This document shows positions 48,528 to 58,576 of a stretch of 64,000 nucleotides of DNA, in pieces. The stretch is from Candidatus Latescibacterota bacterium (GTDB lineage: Bacteria > Latescibacterota > UBA2968 > GCA-2709665), in assembly GCA_965219455.1 (NCBI GenBank), contig OZ244744.1, positions 2,240,001 to 2,304,000 of the forward strand, in the 5' to 3' direction. The notes beneath the pieces were generated by a model that had not been told where the DNA came from, did not search any database, and saw only the letters and a program-made list of their open reading frames with translations. Every line of letters starts with the position of its first letter. Within the stretch, counting starts at the first letter, position 1. Both the position numbers and the translations under genes were made by a program.

Positions 48528-49691
48528 TCAGCGGCGGCGCCGGGAACGCTGGCGATCATGGATGCCGATTCGGAATCCGCCCTCGGATCCCACGCCGCGT
48601 TCCAGCATATCCGGTTCGACGTCGAATCCCGCGCCGGGCGTTTCGGGTACGATCAGTCTGCCGTCTTGCATCCGCCACCCGTCCAGGACGATGCCGGGCA
48701 TATCGGCGGGCGCCGCTTCCAGGAGGCTGAAGTTGGGAATGGAGGCGGCGAAGTGGGCGTGTGCGTAGCGTTCGATGATACTCCCCCAGCAATGGGGCGC
48801 ACACTTCGCGCCCCAGGGTTGGATACGGTCTGCGGTGGCTTTCCACCAGGTCAGACCCTTGAAGCGAAAGTCGTGCTGCACGATGTCTATCCATCCCTCT
48901 TCGACCATATCGAAGAAGTGGGGTGGAGGCGGCCCGGATTCACCGTCGGCCACGAGCGTGTTGCAGCCTCTCCGGACGATCGCTTCTTTAAAAGCCTGGT
49001 TGAACGCCCGATCTTCAGGAAACGGCTCCTCAAACCAATAGACGCCCACGTCCCGGCAGCGATCGAGTATGTCCAAAGCGATATTGAGCGTGGTTCCGTT
49101 GTTGGCGTCAACGAGGATTTTCCCGTCCCGTCCCGCGGCTTCGCGAACCGCGTGGATCACCAGCACGTCCCTGTCCGTTCCTTCCCGGACAGGCATCCAG
49201 CGCGCGCCGCGGCCGATTTTGATTTTGAAATTGCGATAGCCGTGTTTGTGACCGGTCCGGACCTCTTCGTGAAATATATGCTGCGCCTGATCGTCGGTAG
49301 TACCCAGATCGTCGATGTAGATGGAGCCGTCATAAAGTTCCACTTCGCGGGAACCACGCGCTCCCAGGAGTTTATAAAGAGGCACCCCTTCACATCTGGC
49401 GGCCAGATCCCACAGGGGCAGATCAATGGCTGCGCCGGCCCCTTTCGACCCCCGGGGAAGTTCGAAGAGGTCCGCGGGTCCCATTCCTAGCAGCGTTTCC
49501 GCGCGCTCCTTGTCGAGGGTCGACCAGCCGATGCCGACAGCGCCACCCTCGGTGCAGATGCGCACGACCGGGTCCGTAACGACCTGGCCATGGGTGCCGA
49601 TGCGGGCGTTTGATCCGATGATACGCGGACGCCTTCCGCGGACGATAACCTTTTCGATCTTGACGATGGGATCGGAGAAAGTACAGGGCAT
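48528..49691 (-). CDS. Mandelate racemase/muconate lactonizing (enolase superfamily) protein
   Basis: IDLPLWDL.A....PLY.LLG, KIKIG, VDAN, WFEEP, ADGE, PH. Confidence 0.87.
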   Translation of the reverse strand: MPCTFSDPIVKIEKVIVRGRRPRIIGSNARIGTHGQVVTDPVVRICTEGGAVGIGWSTLDKERAETLLGMGPADLFELPRGSKGAGAAIDLPLWDLAARCEGVPLYKLLGARGSREVELYDGSIYIDDLGTTDDQAQHIFHEEVRTGHKHGYRNFKIKIGRGARWMPVREGTDRDVLVIHAVREAAGRDGKILVDANNGTTLNIALDILDRCRDVGVYWFEEPFPEDRAFNQAFKEAIVRRGCNTLVADGESGPPPPHFFDMVEEGWIDIVQHDFRFKGLTWWKATADRIQPWGAKCAPHCWGSIIERYAHAHFAASIPNFSLLEAAPADMPGIVLDGWRMQDGRLIVPETPGAGFDVEPDMLERGVGSEGGFRIGIHDRQRSRRRR

Positions 49692-49811
49692 AAAGGGAAT
49701 CCGGGACCCGTGTTGGATGCACGATCAAGTAAAGTAAGCCAAAAATCGACAGTTGGAAATTAAAAAAGCCGTGTGGCGCGGTGTCCGGTTTTTTTGCCTG
49801 TGAAATAGGTC

Positions 49812-49840
49812 TTGACGGGCGGTACAAGATGTAGTATTTT
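49812..49840 (+). promoter_or_regulatory. Sigma70-like promoter upstream of smc
   Basis: TTGACG-N17-TATTTT. Confidence 0.45.
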
Positions 49841-50076
49841 TCAGGCATCGCAACGGATTCTTCCCCAATTTGTTGCGTCTTCCGCGTCTCCCCTACCTTC
49901 CCCCTTTCTGTTTATACTCCCTATTCCGGACCGATAGCGAACGTCCGTACCGTCCGGGTGACGACCCGGCGGATCGGACCGGTTGCCGTTCCTTCGCTAC
50001 CGGTGTGCCGTTTTCGATTCGTCCCGTGCATCTGTATTGACAGGCCGGATGTTCGTGTTCTTCAGGAGGCGTTGCC

Positions 50077-53000
50077 TTGCATCTTTCCCGACTGACGGTA
50101 TTGGGCTTCAAATCCTTCGTACAACAACTGGATCTTTCGCTTCAGAAGGGCATTACCTGCGTGGTGGGACCCAACGGCTGTGGCAAATCCAACGTCGTGG
50201 ACGCGCTGCGCTGGGCGCTGGGCGAGCAGCGGGTCAGGTCGCTGCGCAGCAACGATATGGAAGATGTGATTTTTTCAGGCACGCGAAACCGGAAGCCGCT
50301 CGGGATGGCCGAGGTGTCGATCACCATTGCCAATGAAGAACGGATTCTGCCGGTCGACTATACCGAAGTGACCGTTACCCGCCGTCTGTTTCGATCCGGA
50401 GACAGCGACTACCTGCTGAACAGGGTCCCCTGCCGGTTGAAGGATATTCAGAATCTGCTGATGGATACCGGCCTGGGTGCACACGCGTATTCCGTAATTG
50501 AGCAGGGGATGATGGATGAAATCATCAGCGACAAACCCGAAGAAAGGCGGCGGCTGTTCGAAAAGGCCGCCGGCGTCACCCGGTATAAGGTACAACGGCG
50601 GGCGGCGTGGAACCGTCTGGAGTCTGTGCAGCGGGATCTGGTGACCGTAGACGCTGTTATGGGTCAAATCGAGCGCCAGGTGAACACGCTCGCCCGGCAG
50701 GAGCGGAAGGCGCGGCTCTACAGACAGCTATCAGATCAGATGAAGGACCTCGAGGTACGGCTCGGTCGCTACCGGTTCTTTTATATGTCCGAAAGATCCC
50801 GTCCGGTTGCGGATGAGATGGCCTTTCTCAAAGAGGACGTGGAGGTGGCCTCAGGAGATATCGCCCGCGTGGAGGCCCGGCTCGAGGAGGTTCGAACGGA
50901 ACTGGCTGAACGGGATCATGCACTGGCGGAAGCCAACGCGGAAGTGAGCAGCCAGAGTAAACTGGTACACTTGAAGCAGACAGATATTGCGGTAGCGCAG
51001 GAGAAAATCCGATCGATCGACGCCTTCCTGAAGCATGCGGACCGGCGACAGGAGGAACTCGCCGGGCGGCGGGATGCGGCAAGGGAGGAAGCGGCGGCGA
51101 CGGCGCGGCGCGGGACCCAGGCACAAGAGGCATTGCAACGCGCGGAAGGCGCATTGGATAAGGAGCGTACCGCACTGGAAGCGACGAACCGGGCGCTCGA
51201 CGCACGGCGAACCCGCGCCGACGAACACCAGTCTCAACTGATAAGCGCCCTGGGTGAAATCAATGAAGGGAACGGCCGGCTGGAAGGCGGACGGGCCAGG
51301 CTGGAGGGAATTGCGCATCGCCAGGCCCGCCTCGAAGCCGATGCCAGGCAGGTGGCTCTCCGCAAACAGGAGGCCGATGCTGCCGGAGGGGAGGCCGCGC
51401 GGCAGGTTGAAAGTCTGAGTCGGGATGCGTCCGAACACAGCAGGTTGCGGGAGGCGCACGCGGCGGAACATGGCCGCCTGCAGGCCGAACTGGAAGGGAT
51501 GATGGAAAGGCGTAGCCGGCTGCTGGCGCAACTGGAGGCCGATGGAGCGCGGGTCGGCCTTCTGAAGAAGCTTCGGGAAGGATTCGAAGGGTATTCGAGC
51601 GGCGTACGCGCGCTGGCGGTCGATTCACCCTTTGTGGATAAGGTGCGCGGCGTGGTTGCGGACCGGATTGAAGTGGACGTGCGGTACGCAAGCGCCATTG
51701 AAGCGGCCCTCGGACGCGCGCTGGAATGTCTGCTGGTGGACGAACCCGCCGTCGCGGTGACGGCTATGGACTACCTGCGATCGGGCGACCGGGGATCGGC
51801 GGCGTTTCTCCCGCTGGATTCCCCTTCCAACGGCAACGGCGTCTCCTGGACGCCGCCCGATGGCGAAGGCGTGGCGGGTAGGGCGTCGGATCTCTTGCGC
51901 GGCGAGGAATCTCCGGTTCACGCACTGCTTCACCGCACGCTAGTGGTCGACAACGCCGACAACGCGATTGCGCTGCTGGAAAAAATGCGGCCTCTGGGCG
52001 TGGATCTGGTTACCGAGACGGGCGAACTGTTCTCGGCCGACGGCACGATATACGGCGGAGAGAAGACCGACGGCGGCACCGGACTGATCGGACGCAGACA
52101 GGAGATCGAAACGCTGGAAGCGAATCTGAGCGCGGCCGGCGCCGAACTGGAAGCGCTGGATGCGGCAATCGAGGACGCCGCCGCGTCGCTCGTCGAATTG
52201 CAGACCCGGATCGACAAAAAGGACCGTATTCTGGCGGACCTGAACAGTCGTTTGGCCGAACATCGGCGGGATCTTCAGATCGCGCAGGCCGAAGAACAGC
52301 GACAGTTGAGGGTCGAAGTGGAATTACGCGATGAAATTACAGCGTTGATGACCGACGAGACCGAACTGAGAGAATCGATCGCTTCCGAGGAAGCGGAATT
52401 GAACGTACTTAACGAACGACGCGAGCAACTGATGGCCGCCGCCCGCGACGTGGACATGGCGCTGCGGGAGCGGGAACAGCAGCGGGGAGCGGAGCAGGAC
52501 ACGGTTTCGAAACGGCAGATCGAGATCGCTTCATTGAAAGCCAGCGTGGACCGGCACGGAGACGAAGCGCAGAGATGGGCTCGGGACCGGGCCGACACGG
52601 AGCGGGAAATGAAACGACTGGCCGCCGAGTGCGAGGAACGGCAGAAAGAAAAGATCGACCTTGAGAAGTCCGCTCAGGCTGCCGCGAAGGAACTGGAGAA
52701 ACTGCATCGCAGGCAGGACGAACTGGAGGCAACGCGGGACAGGCAGGCGGAGCGCCAGCAGGCGTTGTTGACGGATATCCGGCAGTTGGAAGAGGAAGCG
52801 CGGGACAAGAACCGGCGCGCGAATCAGAACCGGGATCGATTGGGCGAGTTGCAGGGTGAGATGGCGGAGTTGAAAACGGGAGCCGAAACGTTACGGGATC
52901 GAATTCTGCGCGAATACGAGGTGGATGTCAGAGAGACGGGCGCATTGGACGATCCGGAATTCAATGAAGACGTGGCTGAAAAGCGCGCAGACGAGCTTCG

Positions 53001-53673
53001 CGATCGGCTCCGGCGGATGGGTTCAGTAAACCTGGCCGCCGTGGAAGAGTATGAGGACCAGAAACACCAATACGAGTTTATGGCCAAACACAGGAGCGAT
53101 CTGTCGGAGGCGGCGGAAACCCTCCAGCGAACCATATCCCGGATCGACCGGACCGCCCGCGGCCGTTTTATGGTTACCTTCGATCAGATCAGGGAGAATT
53201 TCCGGAAGACGTTCGAGGCGTTTTTCGAAGGTGGCCAGGCGGATCTCCTGATGCCAGCGGATCAGGACCCGCTGGAGGCGCCGCTGGAGATTATCGCACG
53301 GCCGCGGGGCAAACAGCTGCGGCATATCAACCTGCTTTCCGGCGGAGAACGTGCGCTGACCGCGATTGCACTGCTATTCGCGATTTACCTCGCCAAGCCG
53401 AGCCCGTTCTGTATTCTTGACGAAGTCGATGCCCCTCTGGACGATGCCAACGTCGCCCGTTTCGTGCGGGTGCTCAAACGGTTCGCGGCTGACACCCAGT
53501 TTATCGTGGTTACCCACAACAAGGTCACGATGGCTGCGGCGGACTGCCTGCACGGTATTACAATGGAAGAGCCGGGGGTGTCCAGGCTGGTATCGGTCAG
53601 GCTTGATTACGAAGCACACGGCGGTAACGGACAGGCGGAGGCGATGGCGGAAACCACGGCCGCGGATGATTGA
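50077..53673 (+). CDS. smc: Chromosome segregation protein SMC
   Basis: GFKSF, GPNGCGKSN, coiled coils, hinge (G.A.FLPL), LSGGE, LDEVDAPLD, VTH. Confidence 0.96.
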   Translation: MHLSRLTVLGFKSFVQQLDLSLQKGITCVVGPNGCGKSNVVDALRWALGEQRVRSLRSNDMEDVIFSGTRNRKPLGMAEVSITIANEERILPVDYTEVTVTRRLFRSGDSDYLLNRVPCRLKDIQNLLMDTGLGAHAYSVIEQGMMDEIISDKPEERRRLFEKAAGVTRYKVQRRAAWNRLESVQRDLVTVDAVMGQIERQVNTLARQERKARLYRQLSDQMKDLEVRLGRYRFFYMSERSRPVADEMAFLKEDVEVASGDIARVEARLEEVRTELAERDHALAEANAEVSSQSKLVHLKQTDIAVAQEKIRSIDAFLKHADRRQEELAGRRDAAREEAAATARRGTQAQEALQRAEGALDKERTALEATNRALDARRTRADEHQSQLISALGEINEGNGRLEGGRARLEGIAHRQARLEADARQVALRKQEADAAGGEAARQVESLSRDASEHSRLREAHAAEHGRLQAELEGMMERRSRLLAQLEADGARVGLLKKLREGFEGYSSGVRALAVDSPFVDKVRGVVADRIEVDVRYASAIEAALGRALECLLVDEPAVAVTAMDYLRSGDRGSAAFLPLDSPSNGNGVSWTPPDGEGVAGRASDLLRGEESPVHALLHRTLVVDNADNAIALLEKMRPLGVDLVTETGELFSADGTIYGGEKTDGGTGLIGRRQEIETLEANLSAAGAELEALDAAIEDAAASLVELQTRIDKKDRILADLNSRLAEHRRDLQIAQAEEQRQLRVEVELRDEITALMTDETELRESIASEEAELNVLNERREQLMAAARDVDMALREREQQRGAEQDTVSKRQIEIASLKASVDRHGDEAQRWARDRADTEREMKRLAAECEERQKEKIDLEKSAQAAAKELEKLHRRQDELEATRDRQAERQQALLTDIRQLEEEARDKNRRANQNRDRLGELQGEMAELKTGAETLRDRILREYEVDVRETGALDDPEFNEDVAEKRADELRDRLRRMGSVNLAAVEEYEDQKHQYEFMAKHRSDLSEAAETLQRTISRIDRTARGRFMVTFDQIRENFRKTFEAFFEGGQADLLMPADQDPLEAPLEIIARPRGKQLRHINLLSGGERALTAIALLFAIYLAKPSPFCILDEVDAPLDDANVARFVRVLKRFAADTQFIVVTHNKVTMAAADCLHGITMEEPGVSRLVSVRLDYEAHGGNGQAEAMAETTAADD

Positions 53674-53738
53674 ACGCGGCGGCAGGAATTCGCGCACAGG
53701 GGCTCGAAATTTGCCGCAGTAGCAACCCGATAAAAAGG

Positions 53739-53776
53739 AAAAGGATCGGCCGCGTAAAAGCTGCCGATCCTTTTTT
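53739..53776. terminator. Bidirectional intrinsic terminator between smc and the redoxin gene
   Basis: AAAAGGATCGGC...GCCGATCCTTTTTT between convergent genes. Confidence 0.75.
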
Positions 53777-53849
53777 AAATCGTGATCGCCCCGTCGATGG
53801 CGTCCGTCGCCGTAAGCCTGACATCGGGGTTGACGCAAGCGGGTTATAT

Positions 53850-55922
53850 TTAAACGGATCCCAGGCTTTTCAGGATCTTCGCGACAACGGCATCCGTATC
53901 GCGCACTCCGGACAGCCGCTCGACGATGATTCCCTGCGGATCCACAAGGAAATATGCGGGTATGGCCCGCACGTTGTAGGCGCTGGTCGCGCCGGAACCC
54001 CAGACCCCCGAGCGCACGTGGACACCTTTGATCCCATGTTTATCGATGGCCTTGCGCCACGCGGCGTCGCTCGAATCCAGTGAAAGGTTGACGAAGACCA
54101 CCGGTAAATCGGTGGTCTTCTTCTTTAATTCCCGGATGTACGGCAGATTGCCGATGCAGGGCCCGCACCAACTCGCCCAGAAATCCAGCAACACGACCTT
54201 GCCCCTGAACTGGCTGAGGGATACCTGCTGCCCTCCCTGGTCCGACAGCGTAAAGTCGGGCGCGGGACGGCCCGGCCGCAGCGCCATGGCCCTGTCCAGG
54301 GCCGCCTTGACAGCCGTGTCGTATTCGGGATACGGATTCGACGCCTGGAAATCCAGCCACTTGCGGCGGACCTGCGCAAAGCCTTCACCGCCATAATCAA
54401 AACCTCGAATCAGTTCTCCGGCGAGGAACCAGTAGAGCACTCTCCCCTTCAGTCTTTCACTAGCCAGATCGAACCGCCTGGTCTGCGAGGAATAAATCGT
54501 TCGTCTTTTTATTTCATAAATCGAATCGAGCGTTGCCTGCACCGGCTGCGTCAGTCCCAGGCCGGCGAGGTCCAGCTTGTCCGACAAACTGAGCGGCCGA
54601 CGGTTTTCGTACAGTGAGTCCAGTTGCGCACCGATCTCAGGCGATACATCCAGCCCCGACAGATCCACCATTTCGGCCAACCTCTGTTTCTTATGGATCG
54701 ACCGCAACTGTTCACTGACCTCCGCGCCGTCTTCTTTGGGCAGCCGGAAAACCAGCGCACCGCCAGTCGTATCGATTTCGGGTTTTTTCAGCTTGCTTGA
54801 AGTAGAGATCCTGTACGATCTGCCACTCTTTTCGAAGAAAGAGTCGAGCTGTGCCCGGGCCGTTTCCGGTACACCCAATTTCGACAGATCGATCACGTCG
54901 GATAGCGTGGACTTCCTCCTGTTGTCATACATCGAGTCCAGCCTGGCCTCGACCGATTGGGACAGCTCCAACCCGGACAGGTCGATCATTTTGGACAGCT
55001 TCGGGTGCCCCCCGTACCGCGCATAGAGAGAGTCGAGGCGGGCGAGCGTATCATCAGGTAGATCCAGGCTTGTCAGATCGTACAGGTCGGACAGCGTGGT
55101 CGACCCGGGCATCTTCATCATTTCCAAATCCAGTGTCCGAACAAGGTAGGTTGGATACGGATCCACACCGATCGCCTTCTCGTCCACCAGCGGGACCTGT
55201 TTGAGAAAGTCGTAAAATTCAGGTGGTATATTTCGGTTCTCACGGCCCGTGGCGAATCGGTAATTGGTAGGGTATGAAATCATCAAGAATGCGTACGTGT
55301 AGTTGAAAAAACGTTTCGCATACTCGATGAATTTCGGCGAGAACGCATATCTCGTGCGCCGCCTGTCCAGATATTTCAACTGATCCGCGCGCCACCCGTC
55401 CACCATGCGAGTAAAATCATCCGCCTCCATTTCCCGGGAGTCCCTGATTTTCCCCTGGAACGCCTGAAATCGTGGGAACCACTCAGCGATGAACCGGCTG
55501 TTGTCCGCGTTTTGACCACTGAACCGGAGGGAGGTGTAGAGATGACCGGGATGGACAGAAATATGTAGGCTGTCTCCGGGTTCGACGTAGAAAATCAGCG
55601 GACTGGGTTTCAAGAGGAACGCCACCGCCTGCCGCACCGGCTTCCACGGGACGCCCCTGCCCTTGTAGCTTCCCCGTACGAGGGTACCGCGTACGACGGG
55701 AATCTCGAGGGTGAAGCGGTTCCGGCTGTCCAGAACCACGCGCTGCTCGGAATTTCTTCCCAGCGCCGACGGAGGGTCGTAACTGAACGTGATCTCCCGC
55801 GAGGTCGGATTCCTGACTTCGCCGGTGATGATCGCCACCGATGGCTCGCCGCTTTCTGAAGCAAAACAGACGGTCGACATAACGAGTATGGCAACCAGGA
55901 CACTACCGCATATGTTTTTCAT
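53850..55922 (-). CDS. Secreted TlpA-family thiol:disulfide redoxin with internal repeats (paralog 1)
   Basis: Signal peptide; C-terminal PAPDFTL...GKVVLLDFWASWCGPC...IPAYFLVDPQG. Confidence 0.85.
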   Translation of the reverse strand: MKNICGSVLVAILVMSTVCFASESGEPSVAIITGEVRNPTSREITFSYDPPSALGRNSEQRVVLDSRNRFTLEIPVVRGTLVRGSYKGRGVPWKPVRQAVAFLLKPSPLIFYVEPGDSLHISVHPGHLYTSLRFSGQNADNSRFIAEWFPRFQAFQGKIRDSREMEADDFTRMVDGWRADQLKYLDRRRTRYAFSPKFIEYAKRFFNYTYAFLMISYPTNYRFATGRENRNIPPEFYDFLKQVPLVDEKAIGVDPYPTYLVRTLDLEMMKMPGSTTLSDLYDLTSLDLPDDTLARLDSLYARYGGHPKLSKMIDLSGLELSQSVEARLDSMYDNRRKSTLSDVIDLSKLGVPETARAQLDSFFEKSGRSYRISTSSKLKKPEIDTTGGALVFRLPKEDGAEVSEQLRSIHKKQRLAEMVDLSGLDVSPEIGAQLDSLYENRRPLSLSDKLDLAGLGLTQPVQATLDSIYEIKRRTIYSSQTRRFDLASERLKGRVLYWFLAGELIRGFDYGGEGFAQVRRKWLDFQASNPYPEYDTAVKAALDRAMALRPGRPAPDFTLSDQGGQQVSLSQFRGKVVLLDFWASWCGPCIGNLPYIRELKKKTTDLPVVFVNLSLDSSDAAWRKAIDKHGIKGVHVRSGVWGSGATSAYNVRAIPAYFLVDPQGIIVERLSGVRDTDAVVAKILKSLGSV

Positions 55923-56122
55923 AAAGAGATTCCTCCCTAAGTTCACGTTCCGCTTCACAGGCAACTCAAAAACCATCCGAACCCTGAGTCACGGCTTGCC
56001 CCGGACGGATGTCACAAATCTCAAGCACTTGCAATAGGCACGACGCCCGAGCGTCGCTTTTATGAGATATCGCCTTTCTCGTCCGGTCATTGCAATAATT
56101 GAGCGCCAATGGACAAGATCAA

Positions 56123-57988
56123 TCAACCTATGTGCTCAAGTGTGAAATTGACCAATGGTTCTTCTGTTCCCTCATACTCGAATAGTTCCTCCGCCTTCGG
56201 TGAGATATCCGGCAGTGTGCCGCGAGTTTCATCGCCCGCTTGAGGCATAGCCGCATAATACATCATTGCAGAAACGCCAAACCTTATCCCGGTCACGGGA
56301 AGTAAACCAGTCAAAGCATCGCCGGTGCTTTGCCTTCTCCCGCCCGTCTCTTCACCTATAAGCTGACCCAGTCCGCAATCCTTCACAACAGCGGCAAACT
56401 CGGCTGCCGCCGAAAAGGTACGCGGACCAATCAGCACATAGAGATCACCGTTAAACAGGTCCCCTCGCCGCTTGGGTATTACCAAGTCATCCGACTCCGA
56501 GATAATCAATCCGGTCAAGTCGCTATAACGGGCGTAGTGTGAATGTTGCTCGAACAGTAGGTCCGACAGTTTAATATCAACGCGAGACCACATCTTAAAC
56601 GGCTGCTGTGTAAGAAACTCAAGCAGAAAAACGACAAGATCTGGATTTCCACCACCATTCTGGCGCACGTCTATTATGAGGCGGTGGGTTTTCTTCGCCC
56701 TCAATTCACTAAATAGATCTGCTATATACGTCCTTCTATCGTCGGTATCAATGAAACTATCGCAATTGTAATAGCACGTATTTTCGTCATGATGGAAACG
56801 ATGGAAGCCATCTGACTCCTCCTTTTCAGGCAAGAGGTCGTCATATTCGCTTATCGATATCAGGTCAATTCGGTATGTTGAAGTCCTCCCCTTTTCTACA
56901 AATCGCATCGTTACGGGACTTTCCGTGAACATCGCACTCCACGCTCCATAGAATCGTTGGCTATCTACGAATTGCACGAGCCGACGAGTATCCGATTCCC
57001 CGGAAATCCTGCACAACGCTGGCTGAAGAAACTCGTTGATCGGTTGATCATCTACGGATACGAGTGATTTCCCTGTCAAATCCTCCAAACGCGGAATGGC
57101 ATTTTCTACTACCAAATCGTCAAAAAACCGTTTCAACCGAAACGGAAACATAAGTACATCGGGAATGGCACCATCAATGATATCACCAGCAGGCATGATC
57201 TCGGTATGACCATCCTTCAAACGGGCGGCAGCTTCAGCCAGTATACCTGACAGGTCGGCGTACGAGATATGGCCGCGCGATGCTTCTTGCCGCTGCAAGC
57301 GATTGCGAATGGATTTCTTTAGATCCAGATAGTCTTCTCCGGAAATATGACGCAACGGATAGGGGTGTACCCTCTCAAGTGTTGTAAAGAAATACTCTGC
57401 GTCGACTTGGCCATCATCGGCGGAGAAGACCAGAGGAGCGAAATCATGATCCAAATTCCCACCATTGATGACTTGATCTTGTAATGTGACAAAAAACGTA
57501 TAGTTCAACCTTAGACATTTCTTCATGCCTGTCAGGACAGTAGGGCTAGGTGCACAGAAGGCCGCTATATGCCCGTCTCCCAAGGGATTGTGGCCGACAG
57601 ACGCGAACCCAATTTCGCCCATCCCGCCTTCGAAAAGAAACTTCTGCTCCTCTTCTGACAGACCAAATGGCGTATCATTAAACGCTGCAAAGACAAGGTG
57701 GTTGGGCTTCGGGTCGAATAAGCCATAAACCACATAATTTCCCCTCTTTAGATCGAGACGTGGGAGACCGTCACTATCGTCCGTGCACCAAAAGGATACG
57801 CGTTGTATTGAATGACGCTCCGACCATGCCCACCAGTATTCCTTTAGAGCCTGGATCTGTTTTTCCCATCCGGCGCGGTCAAAATCAAATATGACAGAAA
57901 GTGTATCGCCTGCTGATTCCAATACGCGTTCAATTGTCAACGGGGACTGAGTTGCCGATGAAGATTCCATGATACTCGTCTCTGGCAA
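56123..57988 (-). CDS. S41-family peptidase with an uncharacterised N-terminal extension, lower GC than the flanks
   Basis: L.DGHT, IIDVRQNGGG, TFSAAAEF, LIGEETGG, G..PD. Confidence 0.82.
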   Translation of the reverse strand: MPETSIMESSSATQSPLTIERVLESAGDTLSVIFDFDRAGWEKQIQALKEYWWAWSERHSIQRVSFWCTDDSDGLPRLDLKRGNYVVYGLFDPKPNHLVFAAFNDTPFGLSEEEQKFLFEGGMGEIGFASVGHNPLGDGHIAAFCAPSPTVLTGMKKCLRLNYTFFVTLQDQVINGGNLDHDFAPLVFSADDGQVDAEYFFTTLERVHPYPLRHISGEDYLDLKKSIRNRLQRQEASRGHISYADLSGILAEAAARLKDGHTEIMPAGDIIDGAIPDVLMFPFRLKRFFDDLVVENAIPRLEDLTGKSLVSVDDQPINEFLQPALCRISGESDTRRLVQFVDSQRFYGAWSAMFTESPVTMRFVEKGRTSTYRIDLISISEYDDLLPEKEESDGFHRFHHDENTCYYNCDSFIDTDDRRTYIADLFSELRAKKTHRLIIDVRQNGGGNPDLVVFLLEFLTQQPFKMWSRVDIKLSDLLFEQHSHYARYSDLTGLIISESDDLVIPKRRGDLFNGDLYVLIGPRTFSAAAEFAAVVKDCGLGQLIGEETGGRRQSTGDALTGLLPVTGIRFGVSAMMYYAAMPQAGDETRGTLPDISPKAEELFEYEGTEEPLVNFTLEHIG

Positions 57989-58154
57989 AGTCTATCCGAG
58001 ATATTGTCAAATGTTGTGGATGGCGGCGAGCGCATCCTGATGGATTAAGCGGCGGCTTCGATGTCTCCGTCCTGAAATTCAACGCCCTGGACGACGAGTT
58101 CAATGAGTTTGTAACTGTATAATCGGTGGCAGCGATTCTGGGTTCACGTTGCAG

Positions 58155-58257
58155 GTGGCAATTGCGCCGTTTTCACCGGACACTATTCCGTCCTCCCCGC
58201 CGCCCAAAAGATAGCCAATCTGCTGTTTACAAGCGAACAGAAATGTCCGCCAGATGG
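58155..58257 (-). repeat. Duplicated promoter/leader segment (second copy at ~60811..60912)
   Basis: CGGACACTATTCCGTCCTCC...AAAGATAGC...GAACAGAAATGTCCGCC is shared by both sites. Confidence 0.75.
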
Positions 58258-58576
58258 CAAGTGCGTATCGGACATCGACTCGACCTCGAACAGCTGTCGT
58301 ACTTGTGGTTCGTGTTTCTAAGCCGAGACTTTGCTTTCAGCGTCCTACAAACCCTGCCTCGCGGCGACACCACTCGTGTTTGGCAAAGCGATCTGGACAA
58401 CCCAGCGATTGAAGCGAATCTCACCTTTCCACTCACACTCTGCTCAGATTTCCTTTCCGGATTCGGCCGCCGGTTCCTTCTGCCGGCGCTTCGCGCCATG
58501 CTCCGCGTACACAAAAAAAACGGCTGCCGTCAAGCAGCCGAACCAGGGTTTCCTAACTGCATGAGCGTGCGCTGTC

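Noticed and set aside
47907-49490. Long antisense ORFs (for example 527 aa here, 387 aa at 2088, 394 aa at 7871)
   Set aside because: Shadow ORFs opposite well-supported genes, expected in high-GC DNA
56060-58150. Integron cassette or IS-borne origin of the S41 gene
   Set aside because: No attC-like inverted repeat, TIRs, target duplication or recombinase is recognisable
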